The translations under genes were made by a program, and so were the position numbers. This document shows, piece after piece, positions 12,050-26,290 of a DNA stretch of 64,000 nucleotides; position 1 is the first letter of the stretch, and each line of letters opens with the position of its first letter. This stretch comes from Eledone cirrhosa (lineage: Eukaryota). The notes beneath the pieces were generated by a model, which was not told where the DNA came from, ran no database searches, and was given only the letters and a program-made list of their open reading frames with translations. The DNA lies in assembly GCA_964016885.1 (NCBI GenBank), contig OZ024742.1:213280001-213344000 (forward strand), read 5' to 3'.

Positions 12050-12690
12050 TAGGAGAACCACTACCGATGCGCTGAACGAGTGTGACTTTTTAGTCCAGCC
12101 AGTGACTTGAAAACTCTGGTACAAACACTACACTTGTGACAACTATTGACACATAGTGCTGGGCCCATGGTACCATGTGACGACAAGTGCAGAGAGATCT
12201 CCAGATATAAAGCAATGCCTGTGCCGTGAAGCTTTTATAGTGAGCAAAGGCACTGCACAAAGCCAGTCCCACTCTCTTAACCAAGATGATATTTACCAAA
12301 AAGAAGAACAAGTCAACTTCATTGGATACCATCAGGGTTGCAGAGTTTTCCTTCTCCTAGAATTCTGCCTTGACAAAGCCTAAGGGGTCATCTCTCCCGA
12401 TTATTTTGGATGGCCATTGACTCTTAAGAGCTCCCTTGCCCTTTGACAGGTTTTGTTTTTAGTCCTGCAGGATGTCCAAAGTCACCCTCCTCGCCAAGAA
12501 ACCTTGGTGGGGTTGCCAGTTTAGTCGCCAACGACTCGACCATGAGACAGGTTGTACTGGGATACATGTTACCAGTAACACCAACTGGTGACCTGACATA
12601 TGAAGCGGCGGCCTACCGCTTGCCGTCTTCTCCAACCAGCCCTGACTCCGCCGGCGACGACGCGTCACGTTCTCGCTTTCTCGCTTTATA
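12050..12690 (-). mobile_element. RTE-clade LINE 5'UTR fragment
   Basis: Minus strand contains ..ctaggagaaggaaaactctg.., reminiscent of RTE 5' regions; homologous to 62711-63160 (+), which lies upstream of an RTE RT fragment. Confidence 0.55.
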
Positions 12691-12691
12691 A

Positions 12692-12792
12692 GTATGTATG
12701 TATGTATGTATGTATGTATGTATGTATGTATGTATGTATGTATGTATGTATGTATGTATGTATGTATGCATGTATGTATGTATGTATGTATG
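12692..12792. repeat. (TATG)n microsatellite
   Basis: Direct observation. Confidence 0.95.
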
Positions 12793-15076
12793 ATGGACGT
12801 TTACTATGCTTGTACAACTTTGGTCGCAACTGGAATATACTGATTAAGTCCGATGGGGTGTTAAACAAAAACAAGAATCACAACCCCTACGTCTCTGACT
12901 TACGTCTTCCATATTTTTCATTACATATTTATCGAAAATATTATGTAACAGCTAAAATATTCTCATTAAACAATATTACATGATACAATAAAGTATCCCT
13001 AACTGATTTATTTTTTAAATGTTGACTTTAAAAGTTTACTTGAAACGTCTTGATTTGAAATATTACATAACATACATTCGCCCAATAATAAATATTTTTG
13101 AATCAAGATTTGAATCATTGTTTATCTAGTTATTTGGTTACCACGGATCATGTCAATGTATATCATTTAGTAGATGAAATAATATGTGCGAACATCGTAT
13201 AAATCATAGAATTTTCAAAAGGGTTTCAGTGAGCCAGTTTTCATCTTTTTCAATAGGATGCGCTTTTACATTTTCACGCTTTTTACTCTCAGCCTTTGTC
13301 TTCTTCATTATATAAATGTTTGCTTATGGTAAATTTCGTATCATAATTTAATGGGATATATTGTAATGAGAATATCCTGCATCACAGTTTGTATTATATG
13401 TTCAATACATCTCAACGAATTGTAGTAATATTATGGTAGAGTAAATCACACACCCTTTCTTTTGTTGTCGTTTGGAAGTAGGTTAGTCAATCTCTTACAC
13501 ATCCAAGACAAAATGCACCTCCAGGCCTGATAATCTGATCTAATTTTCAGACACAGTGAATTTATTAAAACATCATTCAATGCATCCTTTCATTTTTTAC
13601 AATAGTTGTGCGAGATCTGAGGAAAATTTGTACTATTTCTAGCAAGTCGACTGATAACATGGACATTCCCATACTAACTCGTTTGTGAACCATTCTTTTC
13701 AATGGAATTTGATTTTACTACCAGTTTTCGTCTTCACTTTTGATGAAGTAAAGTTAAATCTGACGAAGAGATTCTGTCGCTTGCAATCAGACCTGTAAAG
13801 GCACAGAAAAGTGCACAACTTACATCTTTAAACATTAATCACGCCATTTACTACTTTTAAAGCCTTTCTGTATGTTGGATTAGGCTGGGGAAGGGATTGG
13901 GTCTACGACCTTTGTGGGTTCTTTGAAACAAATGAGATCGACTCAGTTAATGTTCTTGATGCATTCTTTATCTTTCGATTAAATAACCTGAATGGGTATA
14001 TAATTTACTATGAGAACTACAGATCTAGAGTATTTATTATAATTGTATATAAATACAATTACTTGCAAAGAAAATGAAGAAACGGTTTCGAAATTGAAAG
14101 AAGTTAACTTATTCGGTAGTTGCCTAGACACCGACACTGACACATACATACAAAAACATATATACACACACGGAGACAAAGAAGTATACATACACACAAA
14201 CTTACATACACATGCAAAAACTCATGCACAAATTCACATACATGTACATATACACATAAGTACTTACAAACATACGCTTGCACATATACATGCATATAAA
14301 ATACACACCTACACATACACATAAAACACACACCAACATAGAAAACACATGATATTAACAAATTCTGACTCTAATCAATGTCATACTTAAGACATTATAT
14401 TTCCATGTAGCTAATATTCTTATAGAAATGGGTTGTCAGTGAAATGAGCATATAAAGAAGAAAAATACAGAAGAAACAAACAAGAAGGCAGTAAAAAGTG
14501 TAAAGAAAACAAAGAGTAAACAAAAATAAATAAAACAGTTTAAAAACAGAAAAGAAAAAAAAATGGATAAAAAAAGCTGCTATAGATTTGATAGATTAAA
14601 AGCTCTGACTCTGACAGTTTTCCTCATTTTCCAGGATCTCTTTGACAAAAGTGAAGCTCTAAAAACGAGAAAATAATTTGGTCGATAAATTGAAAGCTGT
14701 ATAATATATCTTAGTATGGCGGTGTCAAAACTTTGTAATTACAACAACAGAAGCAAAGTAAGATATTTCAGACTGTATTTTCTTGTTTAAAGACGTTACC
14801 AGGAAAATGTTGTTGCGATACTTTCGTTTGTCTTTGTCGTACATAATAAAACAGATTCGTTATTTTATTTACGGAGACAGATATTTTGAATTGCGTAATA
14901 CAATTACATTTAGGACTAGTTAGATGGAAGGTAAAGATTTTCTTTTCTTTAGGAAGAGTGTATTTGATGGAATGGTTATCTCGCCTGCCCAGAAGAGATA
15001 ATGTGATACTCTCCAGGACGATCCCGATGATAGATTTAAATAGAAATAGAAATATATACACACACAAACACACATA

Positions 15077-15078
<2 letters not shown>

Positions 15079-15138
<60 letters not shown>

Positions 15139-15171
15139 CTCTCTCTCTCTCTCACTCTCTCTCTCTCTCTC

Positions 15172-15255
<84 letters not shown>
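15079..15255. repeat. Compound (CT)n(TA)n microsatellite
   Basis: Direct observation; many further (TA)n/(CA)n tracts occur across the window. Confidence 0.95.
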
Positions 15256-15256
<1 letters not shown>

Positions 15257-15325
15257 GCAACCATTGTTTTTGGAAGTCATCCGGATAGTAAAACTGTTAT
15301 ATATATATATATATATATATATTTA

Positions 15326-15535
15326 ATGTTTAATATAGAATATAGAAATAGCTTCTACAGGGCTAGAACTGTTTCATTCAAACGAAATCATCGGGAAAGT
15401 GCTGATGATTTCTTTTGAATGAAACATTTCTAGTCCTGTAGGAGCTATTTCTATATTAAACATGATTTCTACACTCTACTAATGTATTGAATACCTTACT
15501 TACTGTGATAACCGTCAATCGAACCCGGGACTCAC
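15326..15535 (+). mobile_element. Fold-back PLE pLTR (family d) with hammerhead motif
   Basis: 15326-15463 is self-complementary; CTGATGA(15402)-TTTCTTTTGAAT-GAAACA..CTGTA|GGAG; the inverted arm supplies TCCC as the stem I partner. Confidence 0.7.
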
Positions 15536-15546
15536 TCACACACACA

Positions 15547-15597
<51 letters not shown>

Positions 15598-16079
15598 AAA
15601 TGAGGGGTCTTTTTTTTTAAATGAAAAAAAAAACTAGATGTCCTACACGAGTGAAAGTATAAGGGAAAAAGATAAAATCGAAAATGCAACTGGAGTCTTT
15701 TTAAGAATATTTATTTGTTTCCTTTACCGGTTTCGCAGTTCTTGTGCTTTTCAAAAGTAGATTTGAGATGGAGGGTTTGTGGTTTTTCTCGCATCTGGTT
15801 GGTGTTCGAATGTTACTTTTGTTTTATATTGAAAAAGGTCGCTCGAAATGTTAGGTTTTTTAGAAAAGTAATTTTGTTGGTTTATGGCTCTCAGGTGAAT
15901 AAATATAATAAATTACGTGCCAGTTCCCGTTACAAAGTTCTTATTGTATTTGCCTTTAAAAAAAAGAAAGGCCAGGGGGGGGGGGGGGGGGGGGGGTCAG
16001 ATTGTTTTTTCATATATGAGTGAAATTTGGTTGCTTGATGCGGTCACATCAACTTCCGCGCCAGTTCGTGTTTGAGGAG

Positions 16080-17142
16080 AATTGGAAACGCTACTTGGAT
16101 GACTGATTTATTCTTTGGTCTCACACACTCGACTAACTAGATGATTTCAAAAATTTAATTAACGGCATCAATAATCACATCCAATTCACAATGGAATACA
16201 GCCAAGATCAACTCCCATTTATGGACATCTTAATCATAAAAAAAGACACAAATATTGAAACTGACATCCACTACAAAATAACTGATTCTAAACAATACCT
16301 GCTATTCACCTTCAACCATTCAAAGCACACGAAGACGAACATCCCTTTTAACCTAGCAAGAAGGATTTGCACAATTGTCTCCAATTATGAAACGCAAAAT
16401 AAAAGACTTCAAGAATTAAAGGAAATTCTACTTGAAAGACAGTACCCACCGTTACTAATAGATAATGGAATAGAAAGGGCTAAAGCAATAGGCATTGATG
16501 AATTACGAAAACAGAAACAAATTCAAGGTACGTCCAATATTGTATGATATATCTCAACACACAACCCAAGAAATGCAGAAGCATACAACATTATTCATAA
16601 GAACATCCCACTATTGAAACAAGACCCAAGAATGAAAAAAGCACTTGAAACACAAAATAATCAAAAGCAAAAGACAACCGAAATCACTAAAAACATTACT
16701 CACCAATACTAAATTACCTACCACAAACCCACAACCAACTGTCAAAAAATGTGGTCGCTCATATCGGAACTTGCACTCACCTCATTGAAGCAACACGTAT
16801 TCGTTTCAATCAGGACAACATTTTGTTGTAAAAAATAACTTCACTTGCTCATCAAAAAATTTACTTTATGCCATTAAATGTAAAGGATGCAATGACGATT
16901 ATATAGGGCAAACTAAACTCACACTCAGAAACAGAATGACAATTCATCGCCAACAATTACGAGACCCTACCACAAGACAGATACCACTCAGTGCACATCT
17001 AGACATATGCACAAGCGATAAGACACCCAAATTCCAAATCTTCCCACTTTATCTTTGCGCTGACAATACAACAGAGCAAATACGAATAAATAAGGAAAAT
17101 ATGGTTATTCAAAAATATAGACCAGCATTAAATATAGTTTAA
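16080..17142 (+). pseudogene. PLE RT C-terminus + GIY-YIG endonuclease (Neptune-like), disrupted
   Basis: WKRYLDD*FILW, IQFTME..LPFMDILI, HYKITDSKQYL, NIPFNLARRICTI, LLYAIKCKGCNDDYIGQT..LRNRMTIHRQQ, E..IQKYRPALN. Confidence 0.88.
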
Positions 17143-17379
17143 TATACATTAATATGTTAACACCATAAAATGCTAACCATCCAAACAGACACATATATAT
17201 ATACACACACACATAACACCCTATTCGAAAATAAAAACCAGATCTAAATAGACCTTAACATACGTTAATACTCTAACACCTTAACATGCTAACCATACCC
17301 CCCACACACATATACACACACATATAACACCCATACACACACAACTCCCTCTCCCATTTCTACTAATGGAATCATTAAC

Positions 17380-17430
<51 letters not shown>

Positions 17431-18099
17431 AATATATATTCTCTACCCTATCGCCACCTTAACATGCTAACCATACCCCCCCCACACACATATATAATAC
17501 CCACACTCACACATAACTCCCCTTTCAATTTCTACTAATGGAATCATTTTCCTACACACACACACGCACACACAAACTCACACACACATCAGCACACAAA
17601 TAAAAATATATATCTCTAATAGAAAGTCTGAATTTGTGACACCTCAGCACATCAGCCATACTTACTGAACCAGATATGACTGTAAAAACGGCTACAGAGA
17701 ATCCCCAAATACGAACTGGCGCGAAATTTAATGTACTTATTCACGTGACAATCATAACCAATCAAATTACATTTATAAAAAAAACAACATTTTTGAGCCA
17801 CTTTTTAAAGTGTAAATGACAATAAAGAATCTTCAAACAAGAACTGGCGCGAAAGTTGATGTGCTTATTCACGTGACCGCATCAAGCAACCAAATTTCAC
17901 TCATATATGAAAAAAAGAACTTTGTAACGAGAACTGGCGCATAATTTATTATATTTATTCACCTGAGAGTCATAAACCAACAACATTACTTTTCTAATAA
18001 ACCTAACATTTCGAGCGACCTTTTTCCATATAAAACAAAAGTAACATTCGAACACCAACCAGATGCGAAAAAAATCACAAACCCTCCATCTCAAATCTA

Positions 18100-18135
18100 C
18101 TTTTGAAAAGCACAAGAACTGCGAAACCGGTAAAG
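18100..18135 (+). ncRNA. Minimal hammerhead ribozyme (U3-A8 variant, family e); antisense copy at 15722-15757
   Basis: CTT-TTGAAAA-GCA caagaac TGC-GAAACCGGTA|AAG, with palindromic ACCGGT. Confidence 0.7.
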
Positions 18136-18259
18136 GAAACAAATAAATATTCTTAAAAAGACTCCAGTTGCATTTTTGATTTTATCTTTTTCCCTTATAC
18201 TTTCACTCGTGTAGGACATCTCGTTTTTTTTTTTCATTTAAAAAAAAGACCCCTCATTT

Positions 18260-18357
<98 letters not shown>

Positions 18358-18901
18358 CAGCGAGAATCGTATTTCGGCTGGTAGAAAAAGCGAAACGAAA
18401 CGCAAAATTGCAGAAATGCTCTCAAGCCCTCCAATAGTTAAGAAAATTAGAGTAAACAATATGTTAAAACGCCATACAAACTGAAAAGCCAAAAAACAAA
18501 TCAAGCTAAACAGGTCAAACAAAATAAATGATAAAAACAGACCTGGACCCAAATGGAATTGATGGTAAAATCCAAATGCAGGGTTTCTATAACACTTAAA
18601 TCAATAATACTGTCTGCTTAAAACTATAAGCATAAAGATCGAACAAGGAATATCACGTTATCAACAGGTAATTTTGCTCTGTAACCAACTTTGCGAGTGA
18701 CGCAGAACTTTGTAAAAGCACATGCGTAAGTCACAAGGGGAATTTCCCCAGATTTTGGCAAATGAATTCAGTGTGTATATCATACAAAAAATTGCATAGA
18801 TAGCACAAATCGAATAAGCACTCAACCAGGTAGTTTTTAAAATAAACTTATACAATTAATCTGTCAATAGAATTATTAACACGCACACACACACACACAC
18901 T

Positions 18902-19045
<144 letters not shown>

Positions 19046-19909
19046 GTAATAACAAATACAAAGATCAAAATCTGAAGAGGGCTCGATAAGAATTGTATAT
19101 ATATTTATATAAGTATATATAAAGCCGTAGAACAAATATTTATTATTAGTACAGATTAATGTTTAAGCAAGGGTTTTCTGCTTTCACCCTATTTGGGAAC
19201 TTCTGATATCATAGAGTGATAGGGTAAATATGAAAACATATACCATATGCTTATGTATAATAAACGTACGAGGATATCACTATGGACGTTTTTTATAAGC
19301 AGTGATCATGTCACATTTATCTCAGTAGCGGTGACGATGCGAGATAGCTATTTCAGAATTTTTATCCGTAATCTGTTACATTTTCTCATTCGGTATGCTA
19401 AAACCTTTTGGGCTTTTGCGCATGAAACATCGACCGGTGGTGCTAATTTGCATATGATCTGGATTTGACTGGTGAAAGGGTATTAACATCTCTCTCTCCC
19501 GCCTCTCTCTCTCTATATATATATACATATATACATATATACACATGATAAATTGCCTCTGTCTTTTGCGATATCTCTTTGTAATGAGTTCCCATTGTTA
19601 CGAAGGAGGGGGCGTATCAGAGTGTGAATGCGAGGATAAGCGAATGTATGTATATGTATTTTGTTGTTATAGTTGTTTAGTCCAAAGTCAGCCCAGATAA
19701 AGAAGACCTAAGATCAGCAGTATGTATGTTGGCTCATGTATGTTGCGTTAGTAGTAACAAAAGGCGGTACAGATTGATGCTATTAATATGAGGTCAGTGT
19801 ATTCCAACCGATGTCACCTTAACACTATGATTGGACGAGAATTTAGCCTTACTGTAGCATAATGGAACATTGTAGATTCCCACTGATCGACAGTTAATTA
19901 AATTGATTT

Positions 19910-20585
19910 CTATACTTGACTGGCACATTATTTTACTGAAGAATGAAAAGCAAAATTGATCTCAGTGGGATTTGAGCTCAAAATGTAAATATCTGTAATA
20001 AATATATCAAGACATTTTGTCTGACGCTCTAACGATTCTGACGATCCATCACGCTATAAAATAAATGGCTACTTATTGATAATGTATTATAAAGTAAGTA
20101 CTTAGCGTTAGACTCCGCAACGTTGAACTGATGAGATATGATTTTCTTTCTCCCAACAAACTCTCCTTCTTAATGTCAGTCGAATGTTGATGCGCTCAAA
20201 TGAGCGCGCTTCATCAATCCGGTGTCGATAAAATAGATATCACTCAAGAACTGGGATCGATTTAATCATTGCCACCGATGTCAACTTTGCCTTTCACACT
20301 TTGGGGATCGATAAAATAAAGAACCGGTCAAGTATTGGGGTTGATTTAATCGATTTTTGTTTTCTTTAAAAATGTCCTGGCCTTGTGCCTATATTTGAAA
20401 CGATTATTACCACTATTCACAGAGAGGGTGGGGTTTGACAGACACTTTACAGCATCAGAGAAACTCCTTTACAATGTTTAGTTACAGCTTTCTACGTTTT
20501 TAATTCTAATCTATCCGGGGTAAACTTTGCTTTTCATCCTTCCGGGATAGATAAGATAGGGTACCAGTCAAATACTGGGGTTAAT
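19910..20585. mobile_element. Cluster of degraded Meta-like SINE copies in both orientations
   Basis: aactttgcctttca..gatcgataaaataa..tactgggg cores at ~20210, 20280 and 20520; antisense copy at 19910-20050; another at 21600-21715. Confidence 0.6.
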
Positions 20586-22122
20586 TTCGGTAGCAACTTT
20601 TGATTAATAGAGATAAGTCCAGGTTTCAATTGTCATGGTTTGCCCCGCAAACAAACCTAACGTTTCAAAGTCAAGAAGTATGATGGGCATAACACGAGAT
20701 AGGGATTCAGTCCCATTTCTGTCCACCGGTGCCAGCTGAACCCGGGACTCAAATCACTTCACTCTATTTTTAAAGAAACATTAGAAAACGTTATGTTCTG
20801 TATTGAAATAATGTTTATTTAAATCGCTTTACTCTAGTCTTCAAAGATTTATTGGTAACAGTACACCCAGGTTTGAAACAATGCTTCATTAAATCTGCAG
20901 GCAAAATGAATAATAGTAAAACATATTTCGATGGATATAAGTTAAAATAAAATGTATGTTACCTTAAGGATGTGTAGTTTGTATTTGTTTCCCACTTATG
21001 TCAAATACATGTAGAAACAATAGAAAGCCTGTGTCTTACCGACTGCACAATGAATTTCTAACCTTAAGCCATTTCTATAAATTATTATTATGAAGACAGA
21101 AATGATTTTTATCTAAATCCAGATGAGCTCAACTTAACTCTTCAACTTCAATGAAGCGTGAATATAAGAACGAAACTCCTATGGTCAATATAATCGACTA
21201 CTGTTCTATAGGAAACAGGTAAAATACAAAGTATGTGAAAACGGTGCTCCGGCGTCGCCTTCGTAATTATGACTAAAACAAATTAACAAAATATATTTAA
21301 ATTTTGTACTGTAGTATGTTTGTCCTGGTTTATATTTAACTTTTGCCACCACTTCCAAGGTTGTCATGGAGTCACTTTCTTCACTGCATTTCCCTGTTTT
21401 TTCTTTTGTTTTCTTTTTTAATCAGAGAAGGTAATCAATTGTAGACATATGATTAGTATAAATTATTTCGTCTACAGGCTGATGAAAAGTTATGTTGATC
21501 GTCTGGATTTAGAAAGAAATAATGATTTTCTTTTTCGAAATAATAATTAGGTCAGGTATTATAAAAAATGTTTAATCATTAAGATTAATCTTCTTTACTT
21601 GATTGGTACTTTATAAAACAAAAAGTTGAGTTCAGCGTGATTTGAAAATAAATATCCATAACTAAATATATATCGCAACACGTTTTGTCCGAAGCTTAAC
21701 GATCCCGCCAATCCACAGCATTATGCCATTGCAGTAAACATATTAATAAGAACGGAAAATGCGAATCAAGAAATATATTATTTCTTACGGTTCCATCGCC
21801 CTGTTTTGACTGTTGTCACATTATGTAATATGAAATGGTTTACAGAACCCACTGACATGAAGACATACGCACACACGCACACAGTGAAAGAGAGAGGGAG
21901 AGGGGAGGGGAAATGCAAGAATTCGCTACGTTACAATGTGGTTACGCCACACTGTGTGTCACACAGCCTTGTGAGTGGAATTTGGTAGACGGAAACTATA
22001 AATATCTACAGTCGATCGACAAGATCCTAGACCTTATTCGCTTAACGAGTGGAGTGGAGTTCGTTCAATCGGACCATTCAATGTTTCCATTGGTCTTTCT
22101 ATTTACTAATACTAGGCAAAAA

Positions 22123-22238
22123 GAGCAACGTGAAATAAAGTGTCTTGCTCAAGGACATAACGCATCGCCCGGTCTGGGAATTGAAATCACAACCTCACGA
22201 TTGCGAATCCAAGTCTCTAACCACTCAACCACGCGCCA
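22123..22238 (-). mobile_element. tRNA-derived CORE-SINE (octopus OR-like) 5' part
   Basis: Minus strand GGCGCGTGGTTGAGTGGTTAG..GATTTCAATTCC..GTCCTTGAGCAAGACACTT (tRNA head plus CORE domain). Confidence 0.7.
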
Positions 22239-23233
22239 ATATATATATATATAATATATATATATATATGTGTGTGTATGTGTGTGTATGTGTGTGTATG
22301 TGTGTGTGCGTGTGTGTGTGTGTGCGTGCGCATGTGTGTGTTGGTGTGTGCGTGTGTGTGGTCTGAATAAGAACGAGACATATCCAGAATTGTCTCCTAT
22401 ACTTGGCAGTAAAATAAAAATAGCATTATTTATTGACTGTTATTGATTTTATTTTTTTTTCACCCCATATATATTTTTAGTAAGCATATTTATCTGTTCA
22501 TTGGATATTTATTTTTAGTTAGTTGTTCCATGTATTAAATATTATGAAACTAACCTATATTTTTATCTCAACCCAATGAATAGAAGCATGAATTAAACAT
22601 ATCAGTCGCTGCTTTGTTTGTTCTACCCCATTGAAAGAAGTTCTGCGCAAATGTATTCGTTTACATACGTGGATTGTGAATTTACAAATTACAAACTGCA
22701 TATAATAAGTGGTGTTTAAATTTTCATACCCAACCAGCCCTTGACGATTGTGAAAAATTAGATGTACAATAGACAATAAGAAGAATAACTAGAATGTTGT
22801 ATATCGATCTAGATCTTAGTTATTAGGAAGATATCCTGCAAACAAAAGCGTATTTCTCAGCAATCGTTGTTTCCGATATCTCACAATAATATAATCAGAG
22901 TAGCAAGTACATTTGCTTAATATTTATCCGCTGTTGTCAGTCCTAGAAGAATACACGTATTTACACCATTCGTTCGTATCTATATAACATTTCTTCATTA
23001 CCAATAAGTTTTGCTTGGATAGATAGACATTAGTTGTCGTTAAAGCTTTCTGTACTGGTCACCGTGAGAAAATATTATGGTTATATGTGTGTTTATCAGC
23101 CAGGACTAATAATAATATCCGGCTTAGCTGTGAAACCAATTAAATGTAATCACTAACGGAGAACTGTGGATGTTTACGTTTGCAACGAACATTTGTAAAA
23201 TGCATCGACAGTAAGACGTACAGGTTAATAGCG

Positions 23234-23279
23234 TCTATCTATCTATCTATCTATCCATCTATCTATCTATCTATCTATC
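23234..23279. repeat. (TATC)n tract opening the retrotransposon array; further tracts at 26281-26290, 30387-30446, 36157-36175, 41315-41470, 47188-47270, 53085-53140
   Basis: Direct observation; TATC arrays occur only at element junctions in this window. Confidence 0.95.
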
Positions 23280-26200
23280 ACAAACTAGTCGTCTGCATAG
23301 TCAACCGTTATAGAATACATAGACAAGGACCCGGATACTGCAAGCTGAACGTGTCGTTGCCGGCACGAAAAGCCTACAGTGAACGGATAAGTAGATTAGT
23401 TAAGCAAGAGTTGACGGGAACCATCGTCAACAATATATGGTGGTACTCTCTCAAGAGAGCAATTAGAGTAGAATCGATAGGGTTTAGCAGAGAATTAGCT
23501 TTAGAGAAAAACAAATCAGAAACAGAACTAGTAGCCAAAGTAGAAGAGGCGCTTAGGAATGGCAACGCAGCTAGAATGCTAGCATCGAGAACGGCACTGG
23601 ACCAGTTCTTCGACGCGAAACACGAAGGCTGCGCGGTCAGAAGTAAATTATGTGCTCTAGGAAACGAGGGAGCAAAAGCAGTTATCTGGGCCCGAGTAGC
23701 AGAAGCGAAAAGTGGCAACAAGTCCACGATTCGGTCTTTGAAAGATCAAAACGGAAGCGTGCTACTTGACCCCAGGCAGATGTGCGCGGCCTTTCAGCAG
23801 CACTTTGCGCGACTGTTTGAGCAGAACGACGGTGCACCGAACGGGGCAATGGACTTTCGTTCATACTTCGACGGCCTGCCGCGTCTCTCGAGATGGACGC
23901 CGAGTTCTGCGAAAGACCGATCACAGCCACTGAGATACGGGACGCTCTGGGCCGCTGCGGGAAACGCAAATCACCCGGTCTAGATGGTCTACCCTATGAG
24001 TTTTACATAGGCATGCCGGACTTGTTCTCTGGCGTCCTCGAAGCCGTCTACTGCAATTGGCAGCAGAACCGGACAATTCCCAGTTCTGCAGGCAAGGGCG
24101 TAGTAACGCTGATCAGGAAAGACGAGAACATGGGGGACGAAATAAACAATTTCACGCCCATAGCTCTGCTCAACACAGAGTAAAAAGATTTTGGCGAAGG
24201 TGCTAGCAACGAGGTTGGCGCTTGTCGTCGAAAACCTAGTAGGGAAAGCGCAAACGTCTGCAATCCCGACCAGGTCCATACACGACAACCTCCACCTCAT
24301 GCGATACATAATAGAGAGGGTGGGGTGTAAAACCGGCTTTGGTGGGGCTCTGATCAATTTAGATCAGTCTAAGGCATTCGATAGGGTCGACCATCGATAC
24401 TTGGAAGCGGTTCTCAAGGCGGCCGGTTTCGGTCCCGTTTTTAGAGGCTGGATCAAGACGATGCACACCAGCATCTGCTCGAAGTTCAAGGTGAACGGCT
24501 ACCTATCGGAGCCGTTCGCAATCACGCGTTCCATTCGACAGGGATGCCCTCTCTCCTCCATTCTGTACGTATTGACTCTAGAGCCACTACTGCGGAAGTT
24601 GGAGCTTTTGCAGGGCATCCCTTTAGAACCGGGACTGCGAAAAGCGGCGTCGGCTTATGCCGACGACGTAACGGTAATGGTGTCGAAAACCTCGGAAATC
24701 GAGGTAATCGGCAACCGGCTACAGTAACAACAAAGGTTCACAGGAGCAAAACTGAACCCGGACAAGTCTGTCGGTTTGCAACTCGGAACGTGGAGAGGCA
24801 AACCGATGCCGTCCGACAGCGTCGTCGGATGTTGGACGAAAGGACCGGTGAAATAGCTCGGGGTCTGGTTCGGTCCGGACCTCCAGGTGGAGAAAAACTG
24901 GAACGAGGTCATAGCCAAGGTATTTGCGCTCACCCAGAAGTGGGCAGAGTGCAAACTGTCTTTGAAAGGCCGAGCGGAGGTGGCGAACACTTTCATAGCG
25001 GCCGTCATCTACTACCGCTTGACTGTCGTGCCTTGTCCCCTTGAATACCTCACCAAGATGGAACGCATGCTTTTCTAGTTCCTGTGGAAGAAGCAGGCTC
25101 CACTGGTGAGGAGATCCGCCTGCTGTCAACACCCTTCCAACAGAGGGCTGGGAATGCCGTGGCTAATGATGCGCAAACACGCGCTGAGGCTACGGCATTT
25201 TCAGGTATTCGCCACCGACCAACCGGTGTGGACACCGTTTGTGAGACAGGCCTTCCCACAACTTGTCTCGCTGACGGAGCTGCAGTCCTGGATCAAGCGA
25301 AGACCGAAGAAGATGGGCGCCTGGCACATTGAATGCGCCCAGGCGTCACAGTCCTCTGTCAAGCGGGCACAGCAATCAGTGGAGACTTCACTTCGACATT
25401 CTTTAGAGGGTTAGTACTTTACAAGTGCGACGACGTGCTCAGGGAGACTCTAGGCGTCGAAGACGACGAGCTCACTAGTCTGTTCGGTAGGACTTTCCGC
25501 CCGAGACCTATGGACAACTTCCAGAGGTCCCTGGCCTGGCAGTGCTACCGAGGATCTCAACCCGTTCGAGATAAGAACTACAGGCACGGACGCCCCGGCA
25601 GGGATCCTTCCAAGAGGACGTGTCCAAGATGCGAGCAGGACATTGAAACCGTCTTGTAATCAATTGTACACTGCCCGGGCGTAAGCAAGCTGTGGAACTA
25701 TGCAGAACAACTGCTGTCGCGTATGGGACAAATCCAGTAGACTGCCGAGTCCATAGTAAGGATCAAACCGCCAGCCTCTTTCAAAAACGAAAGAGAGGTG
25801 GTTTTCCTCTGTACGGTGGTTATGGTGAAAGAGGTTATATGGTGGTGGACGAGATTTAGAGGACTGAGGACAGATGCCTTTCTCTCCGGACAACAATTGA
25901 TTCCCTTCTTTATGTATCACTTTAGAAGAAGAATCAGAGTGGAGAGAGAAGCACTGCACCCCAGTGAATTTACTGAAAGGTGGGTGAATGAAGGGAAAAT
26001 GGCCCGAGTGATTGGGACCTTCTCTGTTTATAAGCCTGTAGGTTAAAGAAGAGAGAAAAAGGAAGAAAGGAGCACTTGCACAACGCGCTCCTGAAGTTGA
26101 GGGTTGTTCTATCGACGGGGTATTAAACAACCCATTTGTGGCGTCTACCCCTATTGGGGATTTCGATTGTTAGAATTGTTTGTTTTATATATCTTTTTTT

Positions 26201-26280
26201 ACACGACTGTATGTAAAATCCCCGGCATGTGTCTTTGTATTGTCCCCCTTTCTTCTGCGCCCTTGTGACAAATAAAGAAA
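23280..26280 (+). mobile_element. Tx1/L1-clade LINE, unit 1 (subfamily A), 5'-truncated at the end of the EN domain, decayed
   Basis: HKLV..GPGY.KLN, KSPGLDGLPYEFY, LDQSKAFDRVDH, QGCPLS, YADD, CPRC; stop TAG at 26039; AATAAA at 26271 then TATC. Confidence 0.92.
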
Positions 26281-26290
26281 TCTATCTATC

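Larger units (their letters stand above)
15594..18264 (+). mobile_element. 5'-truncated Penelope-like element with inverted 5' pLTR
   Basis: Inverted arms 15594-16070 / 17833-18264 flank RT and GIY-YIG remnants; (TA)n on both sides. Confidence 0.9.

Noticed and set aside
16101-16106. In-frame TGA after YLDD, where Cys is common; possible selenocysteine
   Set aside because: The copy has other stops and frameshifts, no SECIS was recognised, and a single TGY->TGA substitution explains it.
17165-17600. Repeats with variable spacers (aacatgctaaccat..) resembling an array
   Set aside because: Degenerate tandem duplications with CA microsatellites inside a PLE 3' region; eukaryotic context, not CRISPR.
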